Shown here piece after piece: positions 47,917 through 57,700 of a stretch of 64,000 bases of DNA. Each line of letters starts with the position of its first letter. The first letter of the stretch is position 1. The stretch is taken from the IMG/VR virus record IMGVR_UViG_3300029250_000344. One strand, written 5' to 3'. This DNA comes from a virus. Below the pieces are notes generated by a model. That model had not been told where the DNA came from and searched no databases. It was given only the letters and a program-made list of their open reading frames with translations. Position numbers and translations under genes: made by a program.

Positions 47917-48654
47917 CTACTTATTGCGCTCGTACAGTGATTCATAGGACGTTCCGGTTATGACGCGGTTGATAACCTGCACAACCAGTTTGATTATGGT
48001 ATTTCCTTTAGGCATAGCCACAGTCTTAGGCTTTTTACCTGCTTTGCACGCCGTCAGCACCATAAAGGCGATATCCTGAGACGTTACCTTATAAATGTTC
48101 TTCCCTTCGCCATTGTCCTCGAATATGATAGCATCCACCAAACGCTGGAGCTCTTTCGTCAACGTTGTTTTGCTGATAGGATTCTTTTCCTGAGTACGTT
48201 CCGCGTGCTTGTCCATGCGGTACACGTTAAGCAATTCCTTCCAGTCTCCGCCCAATTCCGCCGTTGCATAAGCGGACAGCAGACGCGCCATGTTATCCGC
48301 CCGGTATACCCAGCCGGATTCGTTACTGATTTTCTGAGGTTCACAGAAACGGTTGAACGCCGCCAAGTCGATAATCTTTTTCCCATCGACAAGCATATAC
48401 TTGCCATTTTCCTTATCCTGCCCTAACGTTATCTTGCTTACTTCCAACGCCATAATTGCGTTGTACATGGGCTTATTAGATGCCCGCAGCACGGAAAATT
48501 CCTCATTCATAACCATGAGGTTAAGTTTGCTTACGTTTTCGCTCACGCCGTGCAGCAGCTTTGCAATTTCGTCATTGGGCTTATTCTCAAGGATAAGGCC
48601 ATTCAGGTTCTGGATATCGCTTTCAAGGTTCTTGCGCATTTCAGTTGAATTCAT
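47917..48654 (-). CDS. hypothetical protein
   Basis: ORF. Confidence 0.45.
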   Translation of the reverse strand: MNSTEMRKNLESDIQNLNGLILENKPNDEIAKLLHGVSENVSKLNLMVMNEEFSVLRASNKPMYNAIMALEVSKITLGQDKENGKYMLVDGKKIIDLAAFNRFCEPQKISNESGWVYRADNMARLLSAYATAELGGDWKELLNVYRMDKHAERTQEKNPISKTTLTKELQRLVDAIIFEDNGEGKNIYKVTSQDIAFMVLTACKAGKKPKTVAMPKGNTIIKLVVQVINRVITGTSYESLYERNK

Positions 48655-48697
48655 TGTTGTATCTCCTTAATATTTGTTATACTAAGGGCATAAGCCC

Positions 48698-48726
48698 TTT
48701 GATTAACAATCAGTACGTTAATCAAA
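48698..48726. promoter_or_regulatory. operator-like perfect palindrome TTTGATTAAC-N9-GTTAATCAAA
   Basis: 10-bp inverted arms, about 45 bp upstream of the 48654 start codon. Confidence 0.4.
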
Positions 48727-49168
48727 AGTCTTACAAAAGCGGGCTACACCCGTTAAGGTATAACCCGCCTGATACGCTTATTTTTTTGCCCTCACATGTT
48801 CGCTTACGTTTCAACACAATGCAGGTTCAAACGCTTACATGGCAGACGCGGAACGAATTCCATGTAATGGGCTGTTTTACGCAATGGCGCGGAACGCCTT
48901 GCACGGCCTGTTCTTGCCTGTACGCATATCAATGTATGCTTGCACGTTGGCGGTAACTAACCCCGATACAGTCAAGCGTATTTGCTCAACGCTTTGCCGC
49001 GCGGCTTTGCGTCCCGCGCGTAACGTTGCAGGCGCTTGCTTTCGCTTTTCGCCCGTGTTGTGCAGGCGCTTGCTTTGCGGCTTGTGTTCGTGCCGCTTGC
49101 TTGCGCTTACAGTTATAGGGGAATGAGAATGACGGCAGTACACACAAAATACAAAATTTTTTGCATAA

Positions 49169-49196
49169 AAAAAGCCGCCTTGCGGCGGCCTTGTTT
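49169..49196 (-). terminator. intrinsic terminator on minus strand
   Basis: GCCGCC-TTGC-GGCGGC stem followed by a T7 run on the minus strand. Confidence 0.55.
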
Positions 49197-49905
49197 ACAG
49201 TTTGAATGCGCGTGTTTCATCAGGCCATATGCGCGTTGCTATGCGCTGAATGTTGCGGCGAATGTTGCTTATACGTTGCTTTGATACCCCCAGCCGTTCG
49301 GCTATCGCGTCCCCGCTCAGCCCTTGCATACGATAACTTAATACGGCACGTTCAGCATGAGTAAGTAACGGCCTTATCTGTTGCAACATATCCATAGTAA
49401 CGGCATAATCTGCCCAGTCATGCACGTCATAGTATCGCGTCACTTTGATGTATTCGGGATCGGATACTTCCATACCGTCATCCGTATGCGCCATATCTTC
49501 AATGTATGTATCACGCAATGCCGGACGCACGGCGGCGGCATATATGGCCTTGTGTACGGCCTTATAGGCGGCTTTGCGCACGGCATCGGGCAGAATATAG
49601 GCCGCATCGGTGGCTATCGCATCAGCTATGCAAGGCGCGGCGCATTCGATAATGGCAAGCGCGGCAACCTGCACAAGATCCGCCGCATCGGTTAGCGGCT
49701 GGACGCGCAGCGCGTCATATGCGTCCGTATCATCCATTGCACGGCCATACATACGCATTGCAGCCGCATCACGTCCGGCCAATGCCGCGCGCATATTGTC
49801 TATCTTTTCAGCGCGTCCAGCTTTAGCGGCGCAAGTACGCAATGCCGTGCGGGCAATTATAGTTGCGTGTTCGGTGGTGGTGTGTGTGTAGGTGGTGTGT
49901 GTCAT
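49195..49905 (-). CDS. sigma-factor-like regulator (region-4 HTH)
   Basis: C-terminal LTHAERAVLSYRMQGLSGDAIAERLGVSKQRISNIRR. GC- and Ala-rich, unlike the surrounding genes. Confidence 0.5.
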   Translation of the reverse strand: MTHTTYTHTTTEHATIIARTALRTCAAKAGRAEKIDNMRAALAGRDAAAMRMYGRAMDDTDAYDALRVQPLTDAADLVQVAALAIIECAAPCIADAIATDAAYILPDAVRKAAYKAVHKAIYAAAVRPALRDTYIEDMAHTDDGMEVSDPEYIKVTRYYDVHDWADYAVTMDMLQQIRPLLTHAERAVLSYRMQGLSGDAIAERLGVSKQRISNIRRNIQRIATRIWPDETRAFKL

Positions 49906-50039
49906 AGGTTTTATCCTTCTTTCCGGCCTATTGGATGGCCTGTTATTGTGATACTGCTATTTTACCGCTTTGCGGTGGTAGTGCATAGATGGTTTGTCGT
50001 TATATTGGGGTCGCAATGCTATAAGCGCACGTTATGGCG

Positions 50040-50112
50040 GTGTGGATAATGTGCATAAGTGTGTGGATGGGGTGTGAATGGAGTGTGGACGATTATCGTT
50101 AAACGATAATTT
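50040..50112. promoter_or_regulatory. iteron-like GTGTG(G/A)A x4 plus perfect palindrome ATTATCGTT-A-AACGATAAT
   Basis: Direct repeats at 50040, 50063, 50072 and 50083. Palindrome at 50092-50110. Confidence 0.4.
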
Positions 50113-50173
50113 TAACTAATGGTTATTAGTTTAATCCTGCCTTATTAGCCCTGATCCCCCTAATATCCGCCGA

Positions 50174-50207
50174 ACGTAGAAAATGGCGGATTTTTTTACA
50201 GATATAT
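50174..50207 (+). terminator. terminator-like hairpin on plus strand
   Basis: ATCCGCC ... GGCGGAT stem followed by a T7 run. Confidence 0.4.
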
Positions 50208-50535
50208 AAGGGGGTATTTTCAACCGTTTCAGCCCATATTCCGGGCGTTTTTCGGTGTAGTACATCCACCCACACCTCACCCGCCAATTCTCGCCATCTC
50301 CGTTCATAAAATTTACGCATCCCAATATCCATCCCAGCACCATTCCCACCCCACAACAAAAATCCCCTAATCATCTACGTTTTTTACCTATAATCTATGG
50401 TTATATCGAATGGTATTACCGAGGATACCGAACTACACTATACGCACAGCTTATACCCCGAAGAACCTTTTTTGGTTATAAGGGCAAAAAAAAGAAAAAG
50501 CGCGAGCGAGTCACCGGTGGTGCGAGCGAGCATAT

Positions 50536-50565
50536 TGACAGATAAGTGGTGCTTATGGTATACTC
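50536..50565 (+). promoter_or_regulatory. strong sigma70 promoter for the rightward operon
   Basis: TTGACA, an 18-nt spacer, then TGgTATACT. Confidence 0.55.
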
Positions 50566-50667
50566 ATTTTCCCTTATATATCTTCTTTAAGGAAATGCTT
50601 CAAAAAAGCCCCTAATTTAGGGGTGTTTCAGAAAAAAAATGAGGTAAAATCTAATAAAGGGGGGTTT

Positions 50668-51894
50668 ATGACCTTGAAAATCCATGTTTGTGATGCTGTT
50701 ATGGGCAGTGGGAAAACGCAAGCTGCCATAACAATGATGAACCGCGAAACTGATAGGCGATTCTTATTCGTCACCCAGTTTCTCGATGAATGTAGGCGTA
50801 TTGAAGAGGCTTGCCCTAAGCGACGATTTAAGCAGCCCAAGAATGTCGGCAAAGGTAAGTTGACATCGTTGAACGACCTATTGCGAGGCCAATACAACAT
50901 AGCGAGTACACACGCCTTATTTTATAAGTACAATTCTGAGACCTTAGACCTTATACGCTCTGGCCATTACACCTTAATATTGGATGAAGTCATTGATGTA
51001 CTGGAGTTTATTGATGTGGCCTCCAGTGATATAGACATCTTGTTTGAGGCAGGAATTGTAGATGTTGAGCCTGATACCAGACGTGTTGTATGGATAAAGG
51101 ATAATTACAAGGGCTGTTTTGATGGATTGCGGAATAAGGTGGAGTCTGGTTGTGTTACATATGAGAACAATAGACTGGTGGTATGGCAGTTGCCGTTAGA
51201 GGTGTTTGAGGCTTTTGATGAGGTGATTGTACTGACGTATATGTTCTCGGCACAGTACCAGTCTTATTACTATAAGATGCATAATGTTGATGTGGACTAT
51301 ATAGGCGTGCGACATACCGATGGGCTTGAATATGAGTTTGTGCCGGGGTTGATGCAGGAGAAGATAACTCTGCCTACTATCAATTTATATGCGAACAAGA
51401 AAATGAACGCTATTGGTGAAGCCAAAAATGCTTTGTCTGTGTCGTGGTATAATGGTCAGCAAAGTACAGGGGTGGAAGATCTTAGACGTAATCTGGCTAA
51501 CTTCTTTACCAATATAAGCCCCAGCAATAGCAAGTTGCGGTTGTGGTCTACCTATAATGATAATAGGAAGGGGTTGCAAGGCAATGGCTATGCCAGAAGG
51601 TTTCTCGCGTATAATACACGTGCTACTAATGCCTATAGGGAATGCTCTCATTTAGCATACGCCGTAAACATATTTGCTAATGTGAACACCCAGATATACT
51701 TTGCCGAGCGGGGTTATACCATAGATAATGATGCTCTCGCCACCTCTGAAATGGTGCAGTGGTTGTGGCGGAGCAGACTGCGGGATGGCAAGGAAATATG
51801 GTTGTATCTGCCGTCCAGCCGTATGCGGAGATTGTTATACAAGTGGGTAGAGGAGGTAACGGGTAATGTTGACTGCATTAAGGAATGGAAATAA
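50668..51894 (+). CDS. P-loop NTPase (Walker A at residues 11-16, DEAD-like LILDEV)
   Basis: AVMGSGKTQ and LILDEV. The start is taken at the Met preceded by RBS AAAGGGGGG (track start 50623). Confidence 0.5.
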   Translation: MTLKIHVCDAVMGSGKTQAAITMMNRETDRRFLFVTQFLDECRRIEEACPKRRFKQPKNVGKGKLTSLNDLLRGQYNIASTHALFYKYNSETLDLIRSGHYTLILDEVIDVLEFIDVASSDIDILFEAGIVDVEPDTRRVVWIKDNYKGCFDGLRNKVESGCVTYENNRLVVWQLPLEVFEAFDEVIVLTYMFSAQYQSYYYKMHNVDVDYIGVRHTDGLEYEFVPGLMQEKITLPTINLYANKKMNAIGEAKNALSVSWYNGQQSTGVEDLRRNLANFFTNISPSNSKLRLWSTYNDNRKGLQGNGYARRFLAYNTRATNAYRECSHLAYAVNIFANVNTQIYFAERGYTIDNDALATSEMVQWLWRSRLRDGKEIWLYLPSSRMRRLLYKWVEEVTGNVDCIKEWK

Positions 51895-52634
51895 AAGGAG
51901 GGGTTCTATTGTATAAGGCAAAAGTAAAAGACGGCACATTCTTTCTGTATATGTTGCAAAGTATGCCTAAGATGCGTCCTAAGACGGCGGCGCGTTTGAT
52001 GTACTTGGCCACATACCTATCATATGATGGTGCGCTGCGTAGTACACAGCGAACGAAGATGACTAAAAAGCGTATGGCAGAGCTGCTGGGGTTGAAGCGT
52101 AAGACCTTTGACCGGTTCTTCACTGAAGTGACAGACGCGGGGATGCTAATAAAGACAGATGACGGTTACACCATGAATTGTAATTACTTTGTACGAGGCA
52201 GGGTTGAGCGCACCGATAATACTCGCTTTACCAGAGTCTTCATCAAGTCTATGCGTGCCTTATACGAAGCCACTTCCCCTCGTCTTCATCAGTATCTTGG
52301 TTATATCTTCTTATTAATGCCCTATGTGAATGTGCAATGGAATATTGTGTGCCATAATCCTCTGGAGGATCATCTTGAGGCAATAGAACCCATGACACTT
52401 GGCGAGTTTTGTGACGCCATTGGATATGAGCGAGACAATGCGCAACGCCTACTGGACAACTATCGCAAGATAACGTTCAACTGGAATGGCAGGCAACAAT
52501 ACTTTTGCACATTCTTCTATGAGGAGGATATACGGGATATGCGCATTGTGTGCAACCCTAACCTATTCTATATAGGGGGGCACATAGAAAAGGTTGAGTC
52601 TTACGGCGAGTTTTGCGTAAAAGGTGATGGCTAA
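51885..52634 (+). CDS. winged-helix protein, possibly a replication initiator/organizer
   Basis: MAELLGLKRKTFDRFFTEVTDAGML HTH-like segment. Confidence 0.4.
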   Translation: MEIKGGVLLYKAKVKDGTFFLYMLQSMPKMRPKTAARLMYLATYLSYDGALRSTQRTKMTKKRMAELLGLKRKTFDRFFTEVTDAGMLIKTDDGYTMNCNYFVRGRVERTDNTRFTRVFIKSMRALYEATSPRLHQYLGYIFLLMPYVNVQWNIVCHNPLEDHLEAIEPMTLGEFCDAIGYERDNAQRLLDNYRKITFNWNGRQQYFCTFFYEEDIRDMRIVCNPNLFYIGGHIEKVESYGEFCVKGDG

Positions 52635-52759
52635 TTTCACAATCTGTTCACATTTACCTTATTGACTGATATAAGCGCAAGTTATATACTACAAAGGACA
52701 ACTTAGAGCGGCACCCGCCGCCATCAAAAAAATAATTCCAAATGGAGGAAAATTGAATA

Positions 52760-52942
52760 TTGGAAAACAACAAGGCGCAGGTGTTCAGCAGTGAACAGTT
52801 CGGTAATGTATGCACTATTATGCGTGACGGTGAGCCATGGTTCGTGGCGGCAGATATATGTAAGGCGATAGAGATTGCAAATAATCGTGATGCGCTTACC
52901 GGAAAGTGGCGTAAAGCCCTTTGCTTTAGCTATGGGATATAA
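52760..52942 (+). pseudogene. Bro-N domain N-terminal fragment, cut by the TnpB element
   Basis: EQFGNVCTIMRDGEPWFVAADICKAIEI matches the Bro-N starts of the paralogs at 55344 and 56927. The last codons are encoded by the IS end hairpin. Confidence 0.5.
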
Positions 52943-53069
52943 GCCACAATGTTTTCCGCAAAATATTGCAATAGTTTTGCGCTTGTAGTGTAACGTTGCT
53001 ATGAAATATAAAGCAACCAAAATGCAGTACATAGAGAATCAGAAAAACGTCTGAAAGCGAGGTGAGATA

Positions 53070-54182
53070 GTGGAATATTCCTACAAGTTTCGTTTGTATC
53101 CTACCGCTGTGCAGAGAGCGCAAATATCCCGGAATTTTGGTTGCTTCCGGTATGTGTTTAACCACTTTCTCGCCCAAAGGCAGGAGCAGTATAAAGAAAC
53201 AGGAACATCTCCTACGCGGTTCCAGCAAGACAAAATCCTCACGATACTCAAACAAGAATTGCCGTGGTTGAAGGAAGCGGATTCCACGTCATTGCAGGCA
53301 ACCCTTCAAGACTTGGACATGGCCTATCAGAACTTCTTCCGTCGTGTAAAGCAGGGTGAGAAGCCCGGCTATCCCCGATTCAAGAGCAAGAGAGCCCATC
53401 GGCAGAGCTACAAGAGCAAGTGCGTAGGGACAAATATCAAAGTATTAGAAGGTGCTGTACAGCTCCCCAAACTGGGAAAGGTAAAATGCCGGATAAGCAA
53501 GCCCGTAGAGGGGCGTATTCTATCTGCAACCGTCAGCCAGACTCCAAGCGGAAAATATTTTGTAGCCCTGTGCTGTACAGATATTGATATGGAGCCGCTG
53601 CCATCTACAGGGGCGGTGGTCGGCATCGACATGGGGCTGAAAGCATTTGCAATCACCTCCGACGGCGTTTCATACCAAAACCACAAGTATCTTGCGAAGT
53701 CCGAAAAGAAGCTTGCGAAACTTCAACGGCAACTCTCCCGAAAATCAAAGGGGAGTAACCGCTGGGAGAAGGCAAGATTGCAGGTAGCGCGGCTTCACGA
53801 ACACATTACTAACCAGCGGCATGATATGCTCCACAAACTATCCACCGACCTTGTACGGAACTATGATTTGATTGCGATTGAGGATCTGGCTTCGTCTAAC
53901 ATGGTGAAAACCCACAAGCTTGCGAAAGCAATCTCTGATGCAGGTTGGGGCGAGTTCCGGCGGCAGTTGCAGTACAAGGCAGCATGGTACGGAAAGGAGG
54001 TGGTTGCGATAGACCGCTTTTACCCCTCCAGCCAGCTTTGCTCCGCTTGCGGCGCTCAGTGGTCGGGCACGAAAGACCTGTCCGTGCGCGAATGGACTTG
54101 CCCACAATGCGGCGCACAGCATGATAGGGACATAAACGCTGCGAAGAACATTTTGAACGAGGGATTACGCCTGTTGGCGTAA
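53070..54182 (+). CDS. tnpB: TnpB RNA-guided nuclease
   Basis: RuvC D (GIDMG), E (AIEDL), zinc finger CSACG...CPQCG, C-terminal [10 protein letters not shown]. Confidence 0.85.
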   Translation: MEYSYKFRLYPTAVQRAQISRNFGCFRYVFNHFLAQRQEQYKETGTSPTRFQQDKILTILKQELPWLKEADSTSLQATLQDLDMAYQNFFRRVKQGEKPGYPRFKSKRAHRQSYKSKCVGTNIKVLEGAVQLPKLGKVKCRISKPVEGRILSATVSQTPSGKYFVALCCTDIDMEPLPSTGAVVGIDMGLKAFAITSDGVSYQNHKYLAKSEKKLAKLQRQLSRKSKGSNRWEKARLQVARLHEHITNQRHDMLHKLSTDLVRNYDLIAIEDLASSNMVKTHKLAKAISDAGWGEFRRQLQYKAAWYGKEVVAIDRFYPSSQLCSACGAQWSGTKDLSVREWTCPQCGAQHDRDINAAKNILNEGLRLLA

Positions 54183-54305
54183 CCAATACACATGGTAGGG
54201 CGGGACACGCCCGAACCTATACGCTCGGGGACACCGTGTAAGACCTTGCAAACGCAGGCGGTGGTGGTTGAACCGAGAATCCCCCGGCTTTAGCCGTGGG
54301 GTGTC
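54100..54305 (+). ncRNA. candidate TnpB omegaRNA / right-end region
   Basis: The 3' end of tnpB plus a 120-nt tail ending in the type-A hairpin. By family knowledge the guide would lie beyond 54305. Confidence 0.35.
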
Positions 54306-54344
54306 AAAAATATTAGCGGTGTTGATTGTTATTAAAAGGACGGC

Positions 54345-55058
54345 ATGGCCTATTTGAAGCTTGAGGCCGTAGCCAGAGGGTTGGGTTTTACAGACAACAG
54401 TAAGGGTGTAGAGTATGTGCGTTGGAACACCGTTAAACAGTATTTGGCCGATATTGGCTTTTCGCAGGAAGTTGCGAAAACAGACTACATCCCCGAGAAC
54501 GTATTCTATCGCCTTGCTATGAAGGCCAAGAATGAGACTGCGGAAAGGTTTCAGGCATTAGTGGCTGACGAAATAATACCCACCATCCGTAAGACTGGCG
54601 GCTATGTGCAGGCTGGCCGTGAAGAAGAATTCATCGAGAGGTACTTCCCCGCTTTCTCGGACGAGACCAAGCTTACTATGGTTAAGGATTTGAGGACGCA
54701 GGTGCTGGCATTGAAGGCCGACAACGCCAAACAGCAGGCACAACTGGCCGAGCAGCAACCCAAGGTCGAGTTTGCCGACCATGTGGCCGATTCCAAGACA
54801 CTGCTCACTGTGTCCGCCTTTGCCAAGATAGTGCAGAACGAGGATATTAAGCTGGGGCGCAATAAGCTGATGGCGTGGCTAAGAGATCGTGGTTATCTGC
54901 GTGCTAATAACGAGCCGTATCAGCAGTATATTAAACAGGGGCTGTTTCAGGTGCGTGAGGTGTATGTGAATGGTATGGTTCACCCTGTCACCTTCATCAC
55001 TGGTAAGGGCCAGCTCCATTTAGTTGGGAAGCTACGTGCCGAGTTTTGTGCGGCGTAA
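54345..55058 (+). CDS. antirepressor C-terminal region (Bro paralog remainder)
   Basis: Aligns with residues about 40-249 of the 55344 paralog (IPENVFYRLA..., EFADHVADSK..., GYLRANNEPYQQY). Confidence 0.55.
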   Translation: MAYLKLEAVARGLGFTDNSKGVEYVRWNTVKQYLADIGFSQEVAKTDYIPENVFYRLAMKAKNETAERFQALVADEIIPTIRKTGGYVQAGREEEFIERYFPAFSDETKLTMVKDLRTQVLALKADNAKQQAQLAEQQPKVEFADHVADSKTLLTVSAFAKIVQNEDIKLGRNKLMAWLRDRGYLRANNEPYQQYIKQGLFQVREVYVNGMVHPVTFITGKGQLHLVGKLRAEFCAA

Positions 55059-55076
55059 CAGGAGGATGCAGTATAT

Positions 55077-55280
55077 ATGGAAAACGAACTTTTGAGAATT
55101 GACTACACTAATGTAGACAGGCCAACTGTGCTTGGTCGGGACTTGCACGAGGCTCTGGAGGTACAAACGGCATATAAAGATTGGTTCCCACGCATGTGTG
55201 AATATGGATTTGAAGAAGGTAAGGACTATTGCTCAAAAATGAGCAATAGGGTTGATGGGCTTGGTTTTACTCAGATTTGA
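55077..55280 (+). CDS. hypothetical protein
   Basis: ORF. Confidence 0.35.
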   Translation: MENELLRIDYTNVDRPTVLGRDLHEALEVQTAYKDWFPRMCEYGFEEGKDYCSKMSNRVDGLGFTQI

Positions 55281-55343
55281 GTAAAATAAGATGCTTGTCG
55301 CAATACGTGTGTTGTTGAAATAGTCTAATAGGGGATAGTTTAT

Positions 55344-56093
55344 ATGAACGGAATACAGGTCTATAAGAACGAACAGTTTGGTGAGGTAAGAATGGTGGTT
55401 GAGGGAGATAAGGTACTATTCTGTGCTAAAGATGTAGCCGCTGCTCTTGGGTACAAAGATACAGTTAATGCAATCAAGCAACACTGTCGGTGGGTGGTGA
55501 AACGCCATCTACCTCATCCACAGTCTAAAGATAAGACTGTGGAGATGTCTTTTCTGCCGGAAGGAGATGTGTATCGGCTTGTTGCTCACAGCAAACTCCC
55601 TACATCTGAGCAATTTGAGAAGTGGGTGTTTGATGAAGTCATACCTACCATTCATAGACATGGCGTGTATATGACCCCCGCTAAAATAGAGGAGGTACTG
55701 CTTAATCCCGACACCATTATCAGTCTTGCTACCCAGCTTAAAGCGGAGCGAGAAAAGAGCCAAGCGCTACTTGCCGAAAACAGCGCCATGAAACCCAAGG
55801 CCGAGTTCGCTGACCGCGTGGCTAATACGGATGGCCTGCTGTCTATGTCCAACTTCGCTAAAGTAATACAAGACGAACATATAAATATGGGGCGTAACAA
55901 GCTATTTGAGTGGCTACGTAGTCAGGGCTATTTGCGGGGTAATAACGAACCATACCAGCAGTATGTCAATCAGGGGTTGTTTAGGGTGCGCGAAACAGTA
56001 CATAACGGCGGCCTGCGCACTCAGACCTATGTAACCGGTAAGGGTCAGCTCTATTTGGTAGAAAAGCTTAAGACTGAGTTCTGTGTGGCGTAG
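55344..56093 (+). CDS. Bro-N domain antirepressor
   Basis: NEQFGEVRMVVEGDKVLFCAKDVAAALGY Bro-N, then an antirepressor-type C-terminal domain. Confidence 0.65.
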   Translation: MNGIQVYKNEQFGEVRMVVEGDKVLFCAKDVAAALGYKDTVNAIKQHCRWVVKRHLPHPQSKDKTVEMSFLPEGDVYRLVAHSKLPTSEQFEKWVFDEVIPTIHRHGVYMTPAKIEEVLLNPDTIISLATQLKAEREKSQALLAENSAMKPKAEFADRVANTDGLLSMSNFAKVIQDEHINMGRNKLFEWLRSQGYLRGNNEPYQQYVNQGLFRVRETVHNGGLRTQTYVTGKGQLYLVEKLKTEFCVA

Positions 56094-56166
56094 GGGGGGT
56101 CGTGAAACGCGACGGGGTCTTTCCCACTTGTGGAGACGGCAATATCTTATAAAGGAGGTGAGCAGG

Positions 56167-56409
56167 GTGACTATAAAATTAACCGAGAGTCAGCGAGATA
56201 GCCTAATAGACTTCATCGAGTGCAACTTCTATCCGAACATTCAGAACGACGACAGCATAGACAGCATTGACTACGCTATAGACCTTTTGAATGTATATAC
56301 GCGGTTGCGGAGCGCGGCCAAACATCGGCGGCGCACGGAGGCTCTGGGGTATTCTGAGGCCGCGAAAAGGCTTGTGGCCGAAGGCAAGGGTAGACTATCA
56401 AAAGATTAA
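56167..56409 (+). CDS. hypothetical protein (GTG start after RBS AAGGAGGTG)
   Basis: Track ORF 56083..56409 trimmed. Confidence 0.35.
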   Translation: MTIKLTESQRDSLIDFIECNFYPNIQNDDSIDSIDYAIDLLNVYTRLRSAAKHRRRTEALGYSEAAKRLVAEGKGRLSKD

Positions 56410-56420
56410 AGGAGGAGTGT

Positions 56421-56852
56421 ATGAAGGAAATTGTAGGACAGAATATCGAAAAGGCGTGTCAGGCGCTTGGGGTTAATGCGGTGCTGGAAGGCCACGCCGA
56501 TTTCGGGTGGTACGGGGTTTGCGATGTGTATCAGGTTGACGATGAGGATTATAGACGTCTATGCGATGTCAAGGATGAGGACTGGCCGGATGATTGGGGC
56601 TGGTGGCGGCATGGTCATTGCATCTATGATAAGCAGAACGTACCGCTCGTGGTGTACGTCGTGAATGGTCACACTATGGCGGGGTACTACAGACGGGACA
56701 AGGACGAGAAGCCTTATAAGAATTTTATTAGTTGGTGTCGCTGGGCGATGGACATAAGCTCGCTTAGGAACATCATCTACTTTGCCACCTCGCTTGCCGA
56801 GCATAACGGCATGACGCTGGTTGAGTTCATGCGTACATTCCAAGGCGTGTAA
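56421..56852 (+). CDS. hypothetical protein
   Basis: ORF with RBS AAAGGAGGAG. Confidence 0.45.
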   Translation: MKEIVGQNIEKACQALGVNAVLEGHADFGWYGVCDVYQVDDEDYRRLCDVKDEDWPDDWGWWRHGHCIYDKQNVPLVVYVVNGHTMAGYYRRDKDEKPYKNFISWCRWAMDISSLRNIIYFATSLAEHNGMTLVEFMRTFQGV

Positions 56853-56926
56853 CGAAACGTGATGCATAGGCGCAGACGGTGGAACAGAACGTTCCGTGGT
56901 CTGATAATAAATATGGAGGATAAATA

Positions 56927-57700
56927 ATGGATCAGCAAGTGAAAGTATTCAACAATGAGCAATTTGGTAGTGTGCGTATTATCGAGGAGGATGGTAGGGT
57001 TCTATTTTGTGGCGTTGATGTAGCGAAGGCGCTGGGTTATACCAATCCCAGAAAAGCAGTACGTGACCATACAAAGGGAGGAACGTTTCGTTCCACCCCC
57101 ACGGCAGGTGGAATGCAAGATATGTCATTCATCCCGGAAGGCGACGTGTACCGGCTTATCACCCACAGCAAGCTGCCCTCCGCAGAGCGCTTTGAGCATT
57201 GGGTGTTCGATGAGGTGTTGCCCACACTGCGGCAGACAGGCAGTTATGTGCTCCAGCGCCCAGATAGCTACATGATAGACGATCCGATAGAGCGAGCCAA
57301 ACGATGGATTGAGGAGGCACAAGAGAAACTTGCTCTACAGGCCAAAGTGGAGGCCGATGCGCCCAAGGTTCTATTTGCTGATGCGGTTGCCACATCAAAG
57401 GACAGTTGTCTTGTTGGCCAGCTTGCCAAGGTGCTGCGCCAGAATGGTTACAATATCGGCCAGAACCGTCTGTTTGACTATCTGCGCAACGAGGGATATC
57501 TGTGCAAGAGCGGCGAGAACCGTAACATGCCGACACAGCGCAGCATAGATGCAGGCTGGTTTGAGGTAAAAGAAGGCACGCTGTATAACTTTGATGGTAC
57601 TGTGCGAATAACGCGCACGCCCAAAGTAACAGACAAGGGTCAAATATACTTCGTCAACAAATTCTTAAAGGAGGCCAAAGGTGCAATATCATGTAGGTGA
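56927..57700 (+). CDS. Bro-N domain antirepressor
   Basis: NEQFGSVRIIEEDGRVLFCGVDVAKALGY. Confidence 0.65.
   Translation: MDQQVKVFNNEQFGSVRIIEEDGRVLFCGVDVAKALGYTNPRKAVRDHTKGGTFRSTPTAGGMQDMSFIPEGDVYRLITHSKLPSAERFEHWVFDEVLPTLRQTGSYVLQRPDSYMIDDPIERAKRWIEEAQEKLALQAKVEADAPKVLFADAVATSKDSCLVGQLAKVLRQNGYNIGQNRLFDYLRNEGYLCKSGENRNMPTQRSIDAGWFEVKEGTLYNFDGTVRITRTPKVTDKGQIYFVNKFLKEAKGAISCR

Larger units (their letters stand above)
52905..54305 (+). mobile_element. TnpB-only IS200/IS605-like element
   Basis: Left end hairpin CCCTTTGCTTTAGCTATGGG at 52917-52936. Right end hairpin CCCCCGGCTTTAGCCGTGGGG at 54281-54301. Both hairpin types also bound the IscB elements. Confidence 0.6.

Noticed and set aside
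50397-50615. 72-aa plus-strand ORF.
   Set aside because: It lies across the promoter and 5' UTR of the rightward operon, with no RBS. It is likely noise.
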